From NCBI GenBank assembly GCA_025920435.1, contig JAPDLT010000004.1:1-51085 (forward strand): 51,085 nucleotides of DNA, written 5' to 3'. Within the stretch, counting starts at the first letter, position 1. Every line of letters begins with the position of its first letter. This DNA is from Candidatus Rehaiarchaeum fermentans (GTDB lineage Archaea > Nanobdellota > Nanobdellia > Parvarchaeales > Parvarchaeaceae). The translations under genes and the position numbers were made by a program. This document shows, piece after piece, positions 17,736 through 27,538 of the stretch. The notes under the pieces were generated by a model. That model was not told the DNA's origin, did not search any database, and saw only the letters and a program-made list of their open reading frames with translations.

Positions 17736-18425
17736 TTAGTATATATGGTAAAAATCAAAAAGTTTATTTCTCATTTCTATCATATACGTACAACCTTCTT
17801 CTAGCACTTCATCTGCTTCTCCTTTTGTTATTCCGAACTTAACTTTCATCCAGTTTTCTTCCTTTTGCTGCTCTTCAGGTTTTAATTCATAGAGCTCTTT
17901 AACATATTCGTCGTATTTGTTTAAGAAGTGCGCGACAAAATTACCCTTTTCTACTATTTTATGAATTTTTTGAATCTGACTTTCATCAAAACCAATATAC
18001 TTTAAGCCTTTTCTTAACTTTTTCCAAGTATATTTTTTGCGACGGCCTTTCGACGAGTACTTTAAATTACACGCTTCGCTTAGCCATCCTTGCGCGCGTA
18101 TCGGTCTTCTAGTGGTTATTTTATAAGCTGCGCTTTCTAAAGCAGATCTTACTAAAATAACAGCTGCTTCTAAGTAACCTTCCCTATAGCATTCTACCGC
18201 TTCTAAAAATAGCTGATTTGCTTCCCAAAAGAAATCTATTTTTTGGCGCTCTGGAACCTTATTACTTTCTTGTATCTTATCATATCCTTTAAAATATCTA
18301 TCCAGTATTTTGTCTGCAAATTCTTCGCGCTCGTGCTTAAAAGGCTCTTTAGTTAGCCATCTCCATATCCTCAACTCCTCACTCTTACTATATGGTATAG
18401 ATTCTTTAGACTCATATGTTTCCAT
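17736..18425 (-). CDS. HEPN-superfamily (DUF4145-like) protein
   Basis: LFLEAVECYREGYLEAAVILVRSALE helix and KGNFVAH motif. Confidence 0.65.
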   Translation of the reverse strand: METYESKESIPYSKSEELRIWRWLTKEPFKHEREEFADKILDRYFKGYDKIQESNKVPERQKIDFFWEANQLFLEAVECYREGYLEAAVILVRSALESAAYKITTRRPIRAQGWLSEACNLKYSSKGRRKKYTWKKLRKGLKYIGFDESQIQKIHKIVEKGNFVAHFLNKYDEYVKELYELKPEEQQKEENWMKVKFGITKGEADEVLEEGCTYMIEMRNKLFDFYHIY

Positions 18426-18859
18426 GGATTAATGGACCCATATAAAATTATAAAAATAAGAACGGTAAGAGCATAACTTTTCCTTAATAAAAAGAAGTAA
18501 AAATTCTGAATTTTGTAAATAAGTTAGGAAATGAAATAAAAAGTGTTATTTTGCATTCAGAGTTATTTGAATTAAGCAAAATAAGTAGCTTTCCACATCT
18601 GAGTTAGTTTTCAGAATGTTGATTAATAAATCCGCAAAATATGAACTTAGAACGTTCAAGTTACTACATTAGCATCGTTAATTTATTATTAGTAAAATTA
18701 TTAAGTTATGATGGTTTAAAACAAGATTAATATAATGTTTAAGAGAAATGATTATGAAATAATTTTTTATAGGGCTTTTTAATTAATAAAAATTTAAATT
18801 AACCACACAAAGTATATTTGATATAAGCGGTATCATAAATAAATACTATAAAAGAATAC

Positions 18860-18882
18860 AAAAGGAGTAAATTACTCCTTTT
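18860..18882. terminator. Perfect 11-bp inverted repeat (terminator or operator)
   Basis: AAAAGGAGTAA-A-TTACTCCTTTT, about 100 bp downstream of the 18985..19782 gene. Confidence 0.45.
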
Positions 18883-18984
18883 TATATCAGCAGAAATAGA
18901 CAATTTCACGAGAAAATGTTTTTCCTTACCTGGAGCAGAATTTATTTATAAAATCTAAAAATAAAATTTAGACTTTCGAGCAAA

Positions 18985-19782
18985 TTAAATATAGCCTTTT
19001 TGCTGCGCGTTATAAATTTTTTCAAATTCTGTACCTGGATAATAACGCGCTAAATTACCTGCTGCTTGAGGGTCTATAGATGCAACCAGCAACGCTGCAA
19101 TATAAGGCGCTTCGTTACCATTTACTTCTATAACAATTTTATCTCCTCCGAATAGTGTGCTTAGAGCTTTTACATCTCCTTTCAATAATTTCTTCACGGA
19201 TAAATTACCATAGTATGATACCTTTATTTTATTACCATCTATTTCTCCGCTAACATAAATTCCATCAGTCTTCCCTAAATCATCAATTAATTTACCTCTG
19301 GAAGCTACGATAGATTGTGCAATTACAAGAATGTTATACAAAGATCTGAAATCAATATTCTTTCTTTCTAGAGCATTAGTTTTAAACCAATTTTCTATAG
19401 TATTTAGAGCTTGACCCTTAGCCGGCTCTCCTGCTTGAATCGTTATAGTAACCTTATTCCTTCTTGAATTTAAATTTACATAATATACCATACGGGGCAA
19501 TCCTGGAATACCGACAGGACGTTCATTAAGAATTTGATAAATAGGAGTTTCAGTTTTGTCGTTATTTTTGTTCATTACTAAGGACGAGTAAATTTTATCA
19601 TAAGGATTAGTGTCCTTAACTTGAGATTGATTCGAATTATTACTTCCCCCTAAACTATTACTACTACCTAAAATTTTATCCAAATTTGATATGTAATCTG
19701 GAGGCAAAAATGCATATGAATTAAGCTTATTAGCTAGCTGGGAAGAGTCATTCTTGCTTTGAGATTGAGTTGGAGTTACCAT
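18985..19782 (-). CDS. Hypothetical protein with S/N/Q-rich N-terminus
   Basis: 265-aa ORF with a TATA-like CTTAAATA about 25 nt upstream of the ATG. Confidence 0.8.
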   Translation of the reverse strand: MVTPTQSQSKNDSSQLANKLNSYAFLPPDYISNLDKILGSSNSLGGSNNSNQSQVKDTNPYDKIYSSLVMNKNNDKTETPIYQILNERPVGIPGLPRMVYYVNLNSRRNKVTITIQAGEPAKGQALNTIENWFKTNALERKNIDFRSLYNILVIAQSIVASRGKLIDDLGKTDGIYVSGEIDGNKIKVSYYGNLSVKKLLKGDVKALSTLFGGDKIVIEVNGNEAPYIAALLVASIDPQAAGNLARYYPGTEFEKIYNAQQKGYI

Positions 19783-19965
19783 ACAATTTAGTGAACAGAC
19801 ATTATATTTAAGCTTTACTACTTTAAAGTGAATACTTGTAATAATTTAGCTTAAAAGGATTATTTAAAAGCAAAATAATGAATAATTCTAAATTTTAAGG
19901 CTTTAATAGGAAATTTCTTATAAAAAAGTTAAACTTTACTAAAAAGCACGGATTTAAAAATTAAT

Positions 19966-20529
19966 ATGAAATTTATAATACTTTTAAGAAAAGGTTATAC
20001 TAAGCCATTTTCAACAAACTTAAGAAATGCTGGAAGATTAGATGTTTTACATCAAGTAGCTATTTCAACATTTTTCATTTCTAAAGGAATAAGAAGAAAT
20101 AACAGTTTAGATGCGTTTTTGTATGGCCCAGGAGATCCTCCATTGCACATGCAAATAGATGGTAAAAGTTTATATGATGTAAGAACTGACGAAGAAACTT
20201 GGAAAGATATAATAAATAATATTCTAAGCGGAAAAACTCATCCTGGAATCTCAATTAAAAAAGAAGGCATAGAGTCTTATTTAAAAAATTTAAAAGAAAG
20301 GATATTTGTATTAAGAGAAGATGGAGAAAATATTCAGAATTATGAAATCAAGGAAAATGATATATTTTTATTAGGTGATCACATCGGATTACCTATCAAA
20401 TTAGAAAATTATGCAATAAAAAGAGGAGCAATAAAGTTATCAATTGGGAAAGTACCTTATTTAGCTTATCAAGTAGTAACTATAATTAACTATATATTTG
20501 ATAAAAATGGAGCCAGTAGAAATAGTTAG
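19966..20529 (+). CDS. trmY: tRNA (pseudouridine54-N1)-methyltransferase, SPOUT
   Basis: AGRLDVL, SKGIRRN, LYGPGDPP, RTDE, HPGISI, FLLGDHIG, KLSIG. Confidence 0.88.
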   Translation: MKFIILLRKGYTKPFSTNLRNAGRLDVLHQVAISTFFISKGIRRNNSLDAFLYGPGDPPLHMQIDGKSLYDVRTDEETWKDIINNILSGKTHPGISIKKEGIESYLKNLKERIFVLREDGENIQNYEIKENDIFLLGDHIGLPIKLENYAIKRGAIKLSIGKVPYLAYQVVTIINYIFDKNGASRNS

Positions 20530-21892
20530 ATACTATTTAAATGATGAAATTGCAAACAAAATAGTCGGACATTTAGATAGAGAAGTAGTAGCTAAATATG
20601 GAGAAAGCTTTGGTAAAAGGCCAAATAATTTTATTAATAAAGAAGAACTGGAAAGAGCAGTAAGAGCCGGAGCTACTAGTTTTCATTTTAGTGAAGAAAG
20701 ATGGAAAGATTTTAGAAGCTTAAGCACTAGTCTAACAAAAGAACAATTAAATGAATTAAGAATAGGCTGGGATTTGGTTATAGACATAGACTCAAAAAAT
20801 TGGGAAATATCGAAAGAATTTGCAAAAATGATAATTAATAAAATAGAAAGTGAAGGCGTTAAGAATTATAGCATAAAGTTTTCTGGAGGAAGTGGTTTTC
20901 ATATATTAGTACCTTTTGAAGCGTTTCCGTCTAAAGTAGGAGGAAAAGAAACTAAGGATATGTTTCCACAAATCCCAATGATAATATCAAATTATTTAAA
21001 AATAGTATTAAAAGAAAAATTAAAAGATAAACTCAAAGAATTTGGATTTACGGGAGAAGATCCATTCGAAGTTGTAGACATAGATAGTGTCCTGATAACT
21101 GAAAGACATCTCGTTAGAATGCAATACTCTTTGAATGAAAAGAAATGGCTTGTTTCTGTTCCTTTAGATAAAAGCAAGCTAGATAAGTTTATTCCAGAAG
21201 ATGCTACCCCCGGCTCAATAGACACTAAATTAGACTTTTTTGATGTTAAACCAAATAGGAACGAAGCGTCAATTTTGCTTAATAATGCTTACGGGATTGC
21301 TGAAAACAACTTAAATGAAATTTTACTAAAGTTAGATTTATTAAACATAAAGGAAGATCTAATTAGACTAGGAATATATTCTTTAGAAGAACTTGCGGCT
21401 TTTGATCAAGAATCCATAATTAATGCACTAGGAGAAGAAGTTAGCAAAAATAAAATAGCCAAGTTGTTTGAAAGCATACCTAAAGATAACAAACCTAGAA
21501 TTGTAAAAGTAGAAAAAATAATACCAAGAAAAATAAATCCTGCATCATTTCCTCCTTGTATAAAAAACATATTGAATGGAGTTAGTGATGGAAGAAAAAG
21601 ATCACTATTTATCTTAATTAATTTTTTCAGATCATTAGGAATGAGTGAAGTAGAAGTAGAAAAATTAATAAAAGAGTGGAATCAAAAGAATAAACCTCCA
21701 TTAAAAGAAGGATACATAAATTCTCAGATAAACTACATGAAAAAAGGAAAAGTATATGTTATTCCAAATTGTGATTCTCCTGGGTATTACAAGTACTTTG
21801 GAGTTTGTACACCAGATGAAACTTGTAAACTAATAAAAAATCCGTTAAGTTATTACAATAAAAAACTTAAAGAAAATAAAGAATCTAAATAG
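20507..21892 (+). CDS. Fused DNA primase (PriS catalytic + PriL Fe-S C-terminal domain)
   Basis: GWDLVIDID, KFSGGSGFH, RHLVRMQYSLNEK (PriS); FPPCI, DGRKR, PNC, CTPDETC..NPLSYY (PriL-CTD). Start taken at ATG 20507. Confidence 0.9.
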   Translation: MEPVEIVRYYLNDEIANKIVGHLDREVVAKYGESFGKRPNNFINKEELERAVRAGATSFHFSEERWKDFRSLSTSLTKEQLNELRIGWDLVIDIDSKNWEISKEFAKMIINKIESEGVKNYSIKFSGGSGFHILVPFEAFPSKVGGKETKDMFPQIPMIISNYLKIVLKEKLKDKLKEFGFTGEDPFEVVDIDSVLITERHLVRMQYSLNEKKWLVSVPLDKSKLDKFIPEDATPGSIDTKLDFFDVKPNRNEASILLNNAYGIAENNLNEILLKLDLLNIKEDLIRLGIYSLEELAAFDQESIINALGEEVSKNKIAKLFESIPKDNKPRIVKVEKIIPRKINPASFPPCIKNILNGVSDGRKRSLFILINFFRSLGMSEVEVEKLIKEWNQKNKPPLKEGYINSQINYMKKGKVYVIPNCDSPGYYKYFGVCTPDETCKLIKNPLSYYNKKLKENKESK

Positions 21893-22364
21893 CACTTTCT
21901 AATAGAATTTTGCTCCCGAAAAAGAAAACATTCAATATTAATCCTAAAATAAACCCCAACACAAATCCGAACAAAACCTCATTTATTCTATGCATTCTGA
22001 GATAAACCCTTGAAAAAGCAACAAAAACTGCCCAAATTACGAAAATAAGAAATAAAGGCTTGAAAAATAAAAAGGAGGAAGCTAAGTAAGAAGTCAAAGC
22101 AGAATGAAGTGAAGGAAAGCTTTCTCCTAAGATTTTATCTTTATATTTAATAAACGAATTTTTTGGTCTATTAACATTTGTTATTATTTTAAGTAAAACA
22201 GTTATAGCCAATGTAAAAGCTAAACCTACTAAGAAAAATACTAAAAAATGATGACTTAATTTTAATGCTATAAAGATAATTTCTTCTAACAATATTTGTG
22301 AAATTAAAATTTGTGGGGCGTAAATCTCTAAATAAATTGATAATTTTCTAATAAAGTATTTCAT
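21885..22364 (-). CDS. PAP2-family membrane phosphatase
   Basis: KIITNVNRP, SFPSLHS, SRVYLRMHRINEV; multiple TMs. Confidence 0.88.
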   Translation of the reverse strand: MKYFIRKLSIYLEIYAPQILISQILLEEIIFIALKLSHHFLVFFLVGLAFTLAITVLLKIITNVNRPKNSFIKYKDKILGESFPSLHSALTSYLASSFLFFKPLFLIFVIWAVFVAFSRVYLRMHRINEVLFGFVLGFILGLILNVFFFGSKILLESAI

Positions 22365-23074
22365 TTATTTTTTAGTTTTTTCATTTGATTAAACATTGTA
22401 TCTGCTCCAACTATTTCTGGCATTATTATTGATTCTACCCCAAAAGCCTTAAATTTAGGCACGTTCGAAGGTGAATTGCATCTAGAAATAACTGGAACAT
22501 CTTTATTTATTTCTTTAACATTTATTGCTGCAACTAAATTAGAAACATCTTCTCCAAAACAGCAAAAAACTCCCTTTGCTTTTCCTACATTTACCATCTT
22601 AAGGACTTTTTCAGTAGTTCCATCTCCTATAAAAACTTTAAATTTCATTTGCTTTAATTCAGTAGCGCGATTTTCGTCTTTTTCAACAATTATACATTTT
22701 TGACCTGCATTAGATAAATCCTCAGCAATTCTCTTACCTATTCTTCCTCCACCTAAAATAACGTAATGATCTTTAGTATTTACAAATTGTCTCATATAAA
22801 TAGCTCCTCCTACTCCTTTTCTTAATATAGTAATAGTAAATTCCAAAATATAAGTTGCTAATCCTCCTAAAAACAAGGAGAAAAACAAGACTAATGGGCC
22901 ATAAGATGATCTAAAATTAAAAGTTTCAAGTGAGTCAATTACATCTGAAAATGCTGACAAGATGTCTGTTTTTAATTCTATTGCAACAAGTATTACTAAT
23001 AGTAGAAAAATGATAACTAAGGTAGTAAAAGTCAATAATACTTTTATAAGATTTTCTTTTATTTCTTGCTCCAT
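22361..23074 (-). CDS. Two-TM channel-like protein with TrkA_N/RCK domain
   Basis: Two TM segments then KDHYVILGGGRIG, IIVEKD, IGDGT, SIIMPEIVGA. Confidence 0.82.
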   Translation of the reverse strand: MEQEIKENLIKVLLTFTTLVIIFLLLVILVAIELKTDILSAFSDVIDSLETFNFRSSYGPLVLFFSLFLGGLATYILEFTITILRKGVGGAIYMRQFVNTKDHYVILGGGRIGKRIAEDLSNAGQKCIIVEKDENRATELKQMKFKVFIGDGTTEKVLKMVNVGKAKGVFCCFGEDVSNLVAAINVKEINKDVPVISRCNSPSNVPKFKAFGVESIIMPEIVGADTMFNQMKKLKNK

Positions 23075-23098
23075 TATAAGTTTGATACTTATGGGAAT

Positions 23099-23407
23099 TT
23101 ATTCTATTTGTTGCATTTCTATATTCACATCAGAAGGTATTTGAGCAGACATAATTGCTTTAAGTGCTCTAGGATCTGCTTGTATATCAATAATTCTTTT
23201 ATGTAATCTTAGCTCAAAGTGGTCATATGATTCTCTTCCTCCTCCATTAGGAGCTCTTCTCGTAGTTACTATAATTCTAGAAGTAGGCAATGGAATTGGG
23301 CCACTCTTTGCTAACTTTAATTTTTCCGCTATTTCTTTAATTTTGTTTGTTACCTCGTTAATATGCTCTAAATTATTGGATACTAACTTTATTCTAATGG
23401 TCTGCAT
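23099..23407 (-). CDS. rps10: 30S ribosomal protein S10 (uS10)
   Basis: IRIKLVS, SGPIPLPT, TRRAPNGGG, LHKRIIDI. Confidence 0.95.
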   Translation of the reverse strand: MQTIRIKLVSNNLEHINEVTNKIKEIAEKLKLAKSGPIPLPTSRIIVTTRRAPNGGGRESYDHFELRLHKRIIDIQADPRALKAIMSAQIPSDVNIEMQQIE

Positions 23408-23470
23408 TTCTTATATGATAAAGATAAAGTATTTAAAATTTAATAAAATTAGGCTAAAGCTTTAATAAAC

Positions 23471-23543
23471 TGCCCCGGCCGGGATTTGAACCCGGGTCTC
23501 CGGCTCGAAAGGCCGACGTCCTTGACCTCTAGACTACCAGGGC
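23471..23543 (-). tRNA. tRNA-Glu(UUC)
   Basis: GCCCTGG...CCGGGGCA acceptor, TCGGC-CTTTCGA-GCCGG anticodon arm, GGTTCAAATCC T-arm; no CCA encoded. Confidence 0.93.
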
Positions 23544-23572
23544 TATTAATTCCGATAAATAAACAAATATTC

Positions 23573-25318
23573 CTACTTTTTATACTTATTTAAATCTTCT
23601 ATTTCGAATGGCTCAAAAATCCTTCCATTCCCTTCATAAAACTTAGAAAGTGTTTCTACATAAAGAAGACGAGCACTTTGAATACCTGGCTCAAAAGAAA
23701 TAAGCAAAATATTAAATATTTGAGCCAGAATTAAAACCAATATAGAAACAAGAAATCCTGAAATAGAATGAGAATGAAGTATTCCTAAATCGGCAACATA
23801 AGCAATTACTACAGAAGAAAGAAGTATTCCTGCAATTCTAAGAAAAGAAAGTGTATGACTTACTACACTTATTAGGTCTATTAGATTTGATTTTTTCTCG
23901 AGAAAGATCAGGAAAATTAATGAAGTTATAAGGAGAAAGTAAGAAAAGTAAGCCAATGAACTGTAAAAACTAAGTTTGTTAAATAAATTATATCCTATAA
24001 TGCCTACACTGAGAGTAAGTAAAGCCCAGAATATTTTAGTTATTCCTTCTCTAAAATTACTGTTATAAAAAGAATTATAAGATCCTAAAAGAAAACCGAC
24101 AATTACTACAATTATTCCGATAAATCCACTAATTTCTAAAAGCAAGAAAATTTGCTTAAAAGGATTAATTAAAGGAGAATAAGGCAACTGAAAGCCAAAA
24201 TATTCATTAAAAAATATTCCAAATATTATAGCTATTAAGGAAGTGATAATCATTATTTTTGATAAATTATAAAGTGTTTCTCTCTTCATAAAAGTGTAGA
24301 AAAAAGACTTAATAAAGGAAGGTACCTTGAAATTCCATTTTCTAGAAATTTTTAGATAAATTAATAAGAATAATAAGAAAAATAAAGATCCATATCCAAC
24401 ATCCCCAATCATCATTCCTGCCATGAAAGGAAAGAGCACAATAAATAGAAAAGAAGGATCTATATCTCTATAATTAGGTATGGAGTAAAAGTTTACCAAG
24501 GTTTCTACGGGTTTAATCAATTTATGATCTATTAAAGAAGGAGGTTCCTCTTTAGTCTCAGAAATCTGTAAGTAAAACTTTATATTATTTTTATGAAGTA
24601 AATCTTCCAAATAAGTTAACTTTTCAGTAGGAATCCAAAAGCTTAATTTTACAAAGTTTTCAGATTTATCTGAAGAAATAAAGACATCAATTTTCTTTAT
24701 TTCATTTCTTAGTTTTGCAGAAAAGTATGAAACATATGGTGAAATTTGCTTTATCAATTTACTTTCTTCCTTCTTTCTATAAATAATCAATTTTTCAAGT
24801 TTTTCCTTTTCTTTTTTAAGTATTATTCTTTCGTTTTTTACGCTCGATATATTTGGAATTATTCTTATATTTTTGAGTTTATTTATTTCTTCTGGCCTTA
24901 CAAATTGCAATGATTTTCCATTTTCATCAATTACTAAAACAGGTATAAAATTTATGTCATATATTGCTGAAAAATTGATTTCAGAATTTAACAAATTTAA
25001 TGTTTCTAATTCATTATTAATTTCTCTATATCTTGAATTTAGCTTATCTATTTCTTTTCTTAATTTATCCAAAGACTCTAATTTTCTTTGAATGTAATTA
25101 AGTGAAGCTTTTTTATTGCCATTTGCTTTGATTTTAGAAATTTCGGTTAACAACCTTTCATATTTTTCTTTTTCTGAAATTATTCCTACATCACTGCCTT
25201 TTCCTTTAACTATCTGAACAATACCTTCTTTACCTATTACTTCAAGTACTTTATTTAAAGAAGATCTAAGCAAGAAAAGATCAACAAAATAAAGTCTTTT
25301 AGGTCTTATCATTTTCAA
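23573..25318 (-). CDS. atpI: A/V-type ATPase subunit I (a)
   Basis: PNYRDIDPS, GMMIGDVGYG, SHTLSFLRI (essential Arg), QSARLLYVE..KFYEGNGR.F.PF. Confidence 0.92.
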   Translation of the reverse strand: MKMIRPKRLYFVDLFLLRSSLNKVLEVIGKEGIVQIVKGKGSDVGIISEKEKYERLLTEISKIKANGNKKASLNYIQRKLESLDKLRKEIDKLNSRYREINNELETLNLLNSEINFSAIYDINFIPVLVIDENGKSLQFVRPEEINKLKNIRIIPNISSVKNERIILKKEKEKLEKLIIYRKKEESKLIKQISPYVSYFSAKLRNEIKKIDVFISSDKSENFVKLSFWIPTEKLTYLEDLLHKNNIKFYLQISETKEEPPSLIDHKLIKPVETLVNFYSIPNYRDIDPSFLFIVLFPFMAGMMIGDVGYGSLFFLLFLLIYLKISRKWNFKVPSFIKSFFYTFMKRETLYNLSKIMIITSLIAIIFGIFFNEYFGFQLPYSPLINPFKQIFLLLEISGFIGIIVVIVGFLLGSYNSFYNSNFREGITKIFWALLTLSVGIIGYNLFNKLSFYSSLAYFSYFLLITSLIFLIFLEKKSNLIDLISVVSHTLSFLRIAGILLSSVVIAYVADLGILHSHSISGFLVSILVLILAQIFNILLISFEPGIQSARLLYVETLSKFYEGNGRIFEPFEIEDLNKYKK

Positions 25319-25607
25319 ATAAGTATTTTTCCACTATTCTTCTAATTTCTTCTTTATCTAAAACTTTAATTTTATTGGCTAAATCAATATATTTCTTCGC
25401 TTCCTTCTTTCCTTCTTCTTCTCCTTTCTTTCTACTTTCTTCAATTAATCTATCTTTTAAAAGATTCGCTTCATTTTCCGTTTCGGTAATAATTTCTTTA
25501 GCTTTAGCCTTTGCTTCTTCTATTTCTTTTTCACTCCTTTGTTTTTCTTTTTCCAACAATTCTTTAAGCTTTTCTTCTTCTTTAGATAATTCTTCAATAC
25601 TAACCAT
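25299..25607 (-). CDS. atpH: A/V-type ATPase subunit H (G)
   Basis: Charged coiled coil EEAKAKAKEII located directly before atpI. Confidence 0.8.
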   Translation of the reverse strand: MVSIEELSKEEEKLKELLEKEKQRSEKEIEEAKAKAKEIITETENEANLLKDRLIEESRKKGEEEGKKEAKKYIDLANKIKVLDKEEIRRIVEKYLFENDKT

Positions 25608-26190
25608 ACTTATACTTAATTAATCTAGATTTTTCTTCTAGTTCTAAATTGTCTAAAGTTTCGATAATTTCCTTAATTTTTCTTTGACGTTCAGGAATTA
25701 TGATTCTTTCAATTGCATTTATTTTTCTATTTATATCAAATATTTCTAAAAGAAGTTTCTTCAAATTAATTTCTCGTTGTGCTAACTCAATTATTTCTTT
25801 AGCTAGCTTATAAAATTTTTCGTAAGCCAACTTAACTTCATTAGGAAGATTTTGATCTAGAATTTGATTTATTTGAGGAATTACATTAAATAAAGGTATT
25901 CCTAATACGCTATCTTTTTCAACTTGAAAATTCGCATGCTGTATTTCTACAGAATATCTATTAAATGCAACTTTACCATTAAGGGCAATTGCTAAAACTA
26001 AAGCATCTTTAGCTTCTTTAATTAAATTTGCATTGTATTCTTTTATATTCTTGCTTTCTTGTAGTAGTTCTATAAATTTTTTTATTAGTCTACTCCTACT
26101 TGACTTTAGAAGCTCAGCACTATCTTTTATAAACTTTAAATCTTCTTTTTCTTTTATTAAAGCTCCTCTACTCTTTGTTCCACTTTCCAT
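25600..26190 (-). CDS. atpD: A/V-type ATPase subunit D
   Basis: [13 protein letters not shown] and LELEEKSRL motifs; follows atpB. Confidence 0.9.
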   Translation of the reverse strand: MESGTKSRGALIKEKEDLKFIKDSAELLKSSRSRLIKKFIELLQESKNIKEYNANLIKEAKDALVLAIALNGKVAFNRYSVEIQHANFQVEKDSVLGIPLFNVIPQINQILDQNLPNEVKLAYEKFYKLAKEIIELAQREINLKKLLLEIFDINRKINAIERIIIPERQRKIKEIIETLDNLELEEKSRLIKYKYG

Positions 26191-27538
26191 ATTTGTTAAT
26201 AAATTCTTGCTTTAATCTTGTTAGTCTTTCTGGCTTAATTTCGCTTAAAACTTCCCAACCTTTATTAAGAGTGTTTTCTATTCCTCTTCTTTCATTAAAT
26301 CCTTGATTTATAAATTCCTTTTCAAATTTTCTACCAAATCTTATTAATGATAAATCATCTTCACTTAATGCACCTTCTCCAACCAATTCCATTAATCTAC
26401 TAACTTCTATATATTCTGAATAACTTGCAAATAATTGACTAGAAAGAGAACTGTGATCCTCTCTTGTTTTTCCTTTTCCTATTGCATTATTCATCATTCT
26501 AGAAATAGAAGAAAGAATATCTATAGGAGGGTAAATACCTAACTTATGTAGTCTTCTGCTCAGTGTTATTTGGCCTTCAGTTACATAACCTGTTAAATCA
26601 GGAATTGGATGAGTTATATCATCTTGTGGCATAGTTAAAATAGGTATTTGAGTAATAGATCCTTTCTTTCCCTTTAAAACTCCGCTCCTCTCGAATATAC
26701 TTGCCAAATCCGTATACATATATCCTGGGTATCCTCTTCTTCCTGGTATTTCCTTTTTTGCAGAGGAAATTTCTCTCAAAGTTTCACAGTAATTTGTAAT
26801 ATCTGTAAGTATAACAATTACATCATATCCTTTTTCGTAAGCAAGATATTCAGCAGTAGTTAAAGCAATTCTAGGTAATAGTATTCTCTCAATAGAAGGA
26901 TCTGAAGCTAAATTTATAAAGGAAACTGTTTTCCTTAATAAACCTCTTTCTCTGAATTCATTTATTAAAAATCTTGCTTCATCGCTATTCACTCCCATTG
27001 CACCAAAGACTATTAAAGTATTATCAGATACTTTAGCCTGAGAAGATATTTGAACAGCAATTTTGTTGTGGGGCAAACCAGAGCCAGAAAATAATGGTAA
27101 TTTTTGACCTTTTGCAAGTGTAATTAAACCATCGATAACTGATATACCCGTTTCAACAAAACTGTTAGGAGTTTCTCTTGCATAAGGATTAATTGGGTAT
27201 CCATTAACATCATATTCTTCTCCTTTGATTATTGATGGTCCGTTATCTATTGGATAAAATCTTCCGTTAAATATTCTTCCTATTAGCTCTTCATTCAACT
27301 TTATTGAATACGGTTTGCCTTTAGGTAGAATTCTTACACTTTTCGGATCTAAACCTAACATATTTCCAAAAACTTGAATAACAGAAATGTTTGAACTTGC
27401 ATCTATTATTTGACCTTCTAAACTACCTAAATTGCTGAAAATTTTTACAACCTCATTATATTTAGGAGCTTCTAACCCTTCTACAAAAATTAAAGAGCTA
27501 TCTACTTGAGTAATATTACTATATTCTTTGTAAATCAT
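26168..27538 (-). CDS. atpB: A/V-type ATPase subunit B
   Basis: [48 protein letters not shown]. Confidence 0.96.
   Translation of the reverse strand: MIYKEYSNITQVDSSLIFVEGLEAPKYNEVVKIFSNLGSLEGQIIDASSNISVIQVFGNMLGLDPKSVRILPKGKPYSIKLNEELIGRIFNGRFYPIDNGPSIIKGEEYDVNGYPINPYARETPNSFVETGISVIDGLITLAKGQKLPLFSGSGLPHNKIAVQISSQAKVSDNTLIVFGAMGVNSDEARFLINEFRERGLLRKTVSFINLASDPSIERILLPRIALTTAEYLAYEKGYDVIVILTDITNYCETLREISSAKKEIPGRRGYPGYMYTDLASIFERSGVLKGKKGSITQIPILTMPQDDITHPIPDLTGYVTEGQITLSRRLHKLGIYPPIDILSSISRMMNNAIGKGKTREDHSSLSSQLFASYSEYIEVSRLMELVGEGALSEDDLSLIRFGRKFEKEFINQGFNERRGIENTLNKGWEVLSEIKPERLTRLKQEFINKYGKWNKE

Noticed and set aside
18430-18850. Possible gene remnants and an imperfect palindrome (AACTT-A-GAACGTTC-AAGTT, 18644-18662)
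   Set aside because: Frames are short and lack starts; the palindrome is plausible by chance in AT-rich DNA.
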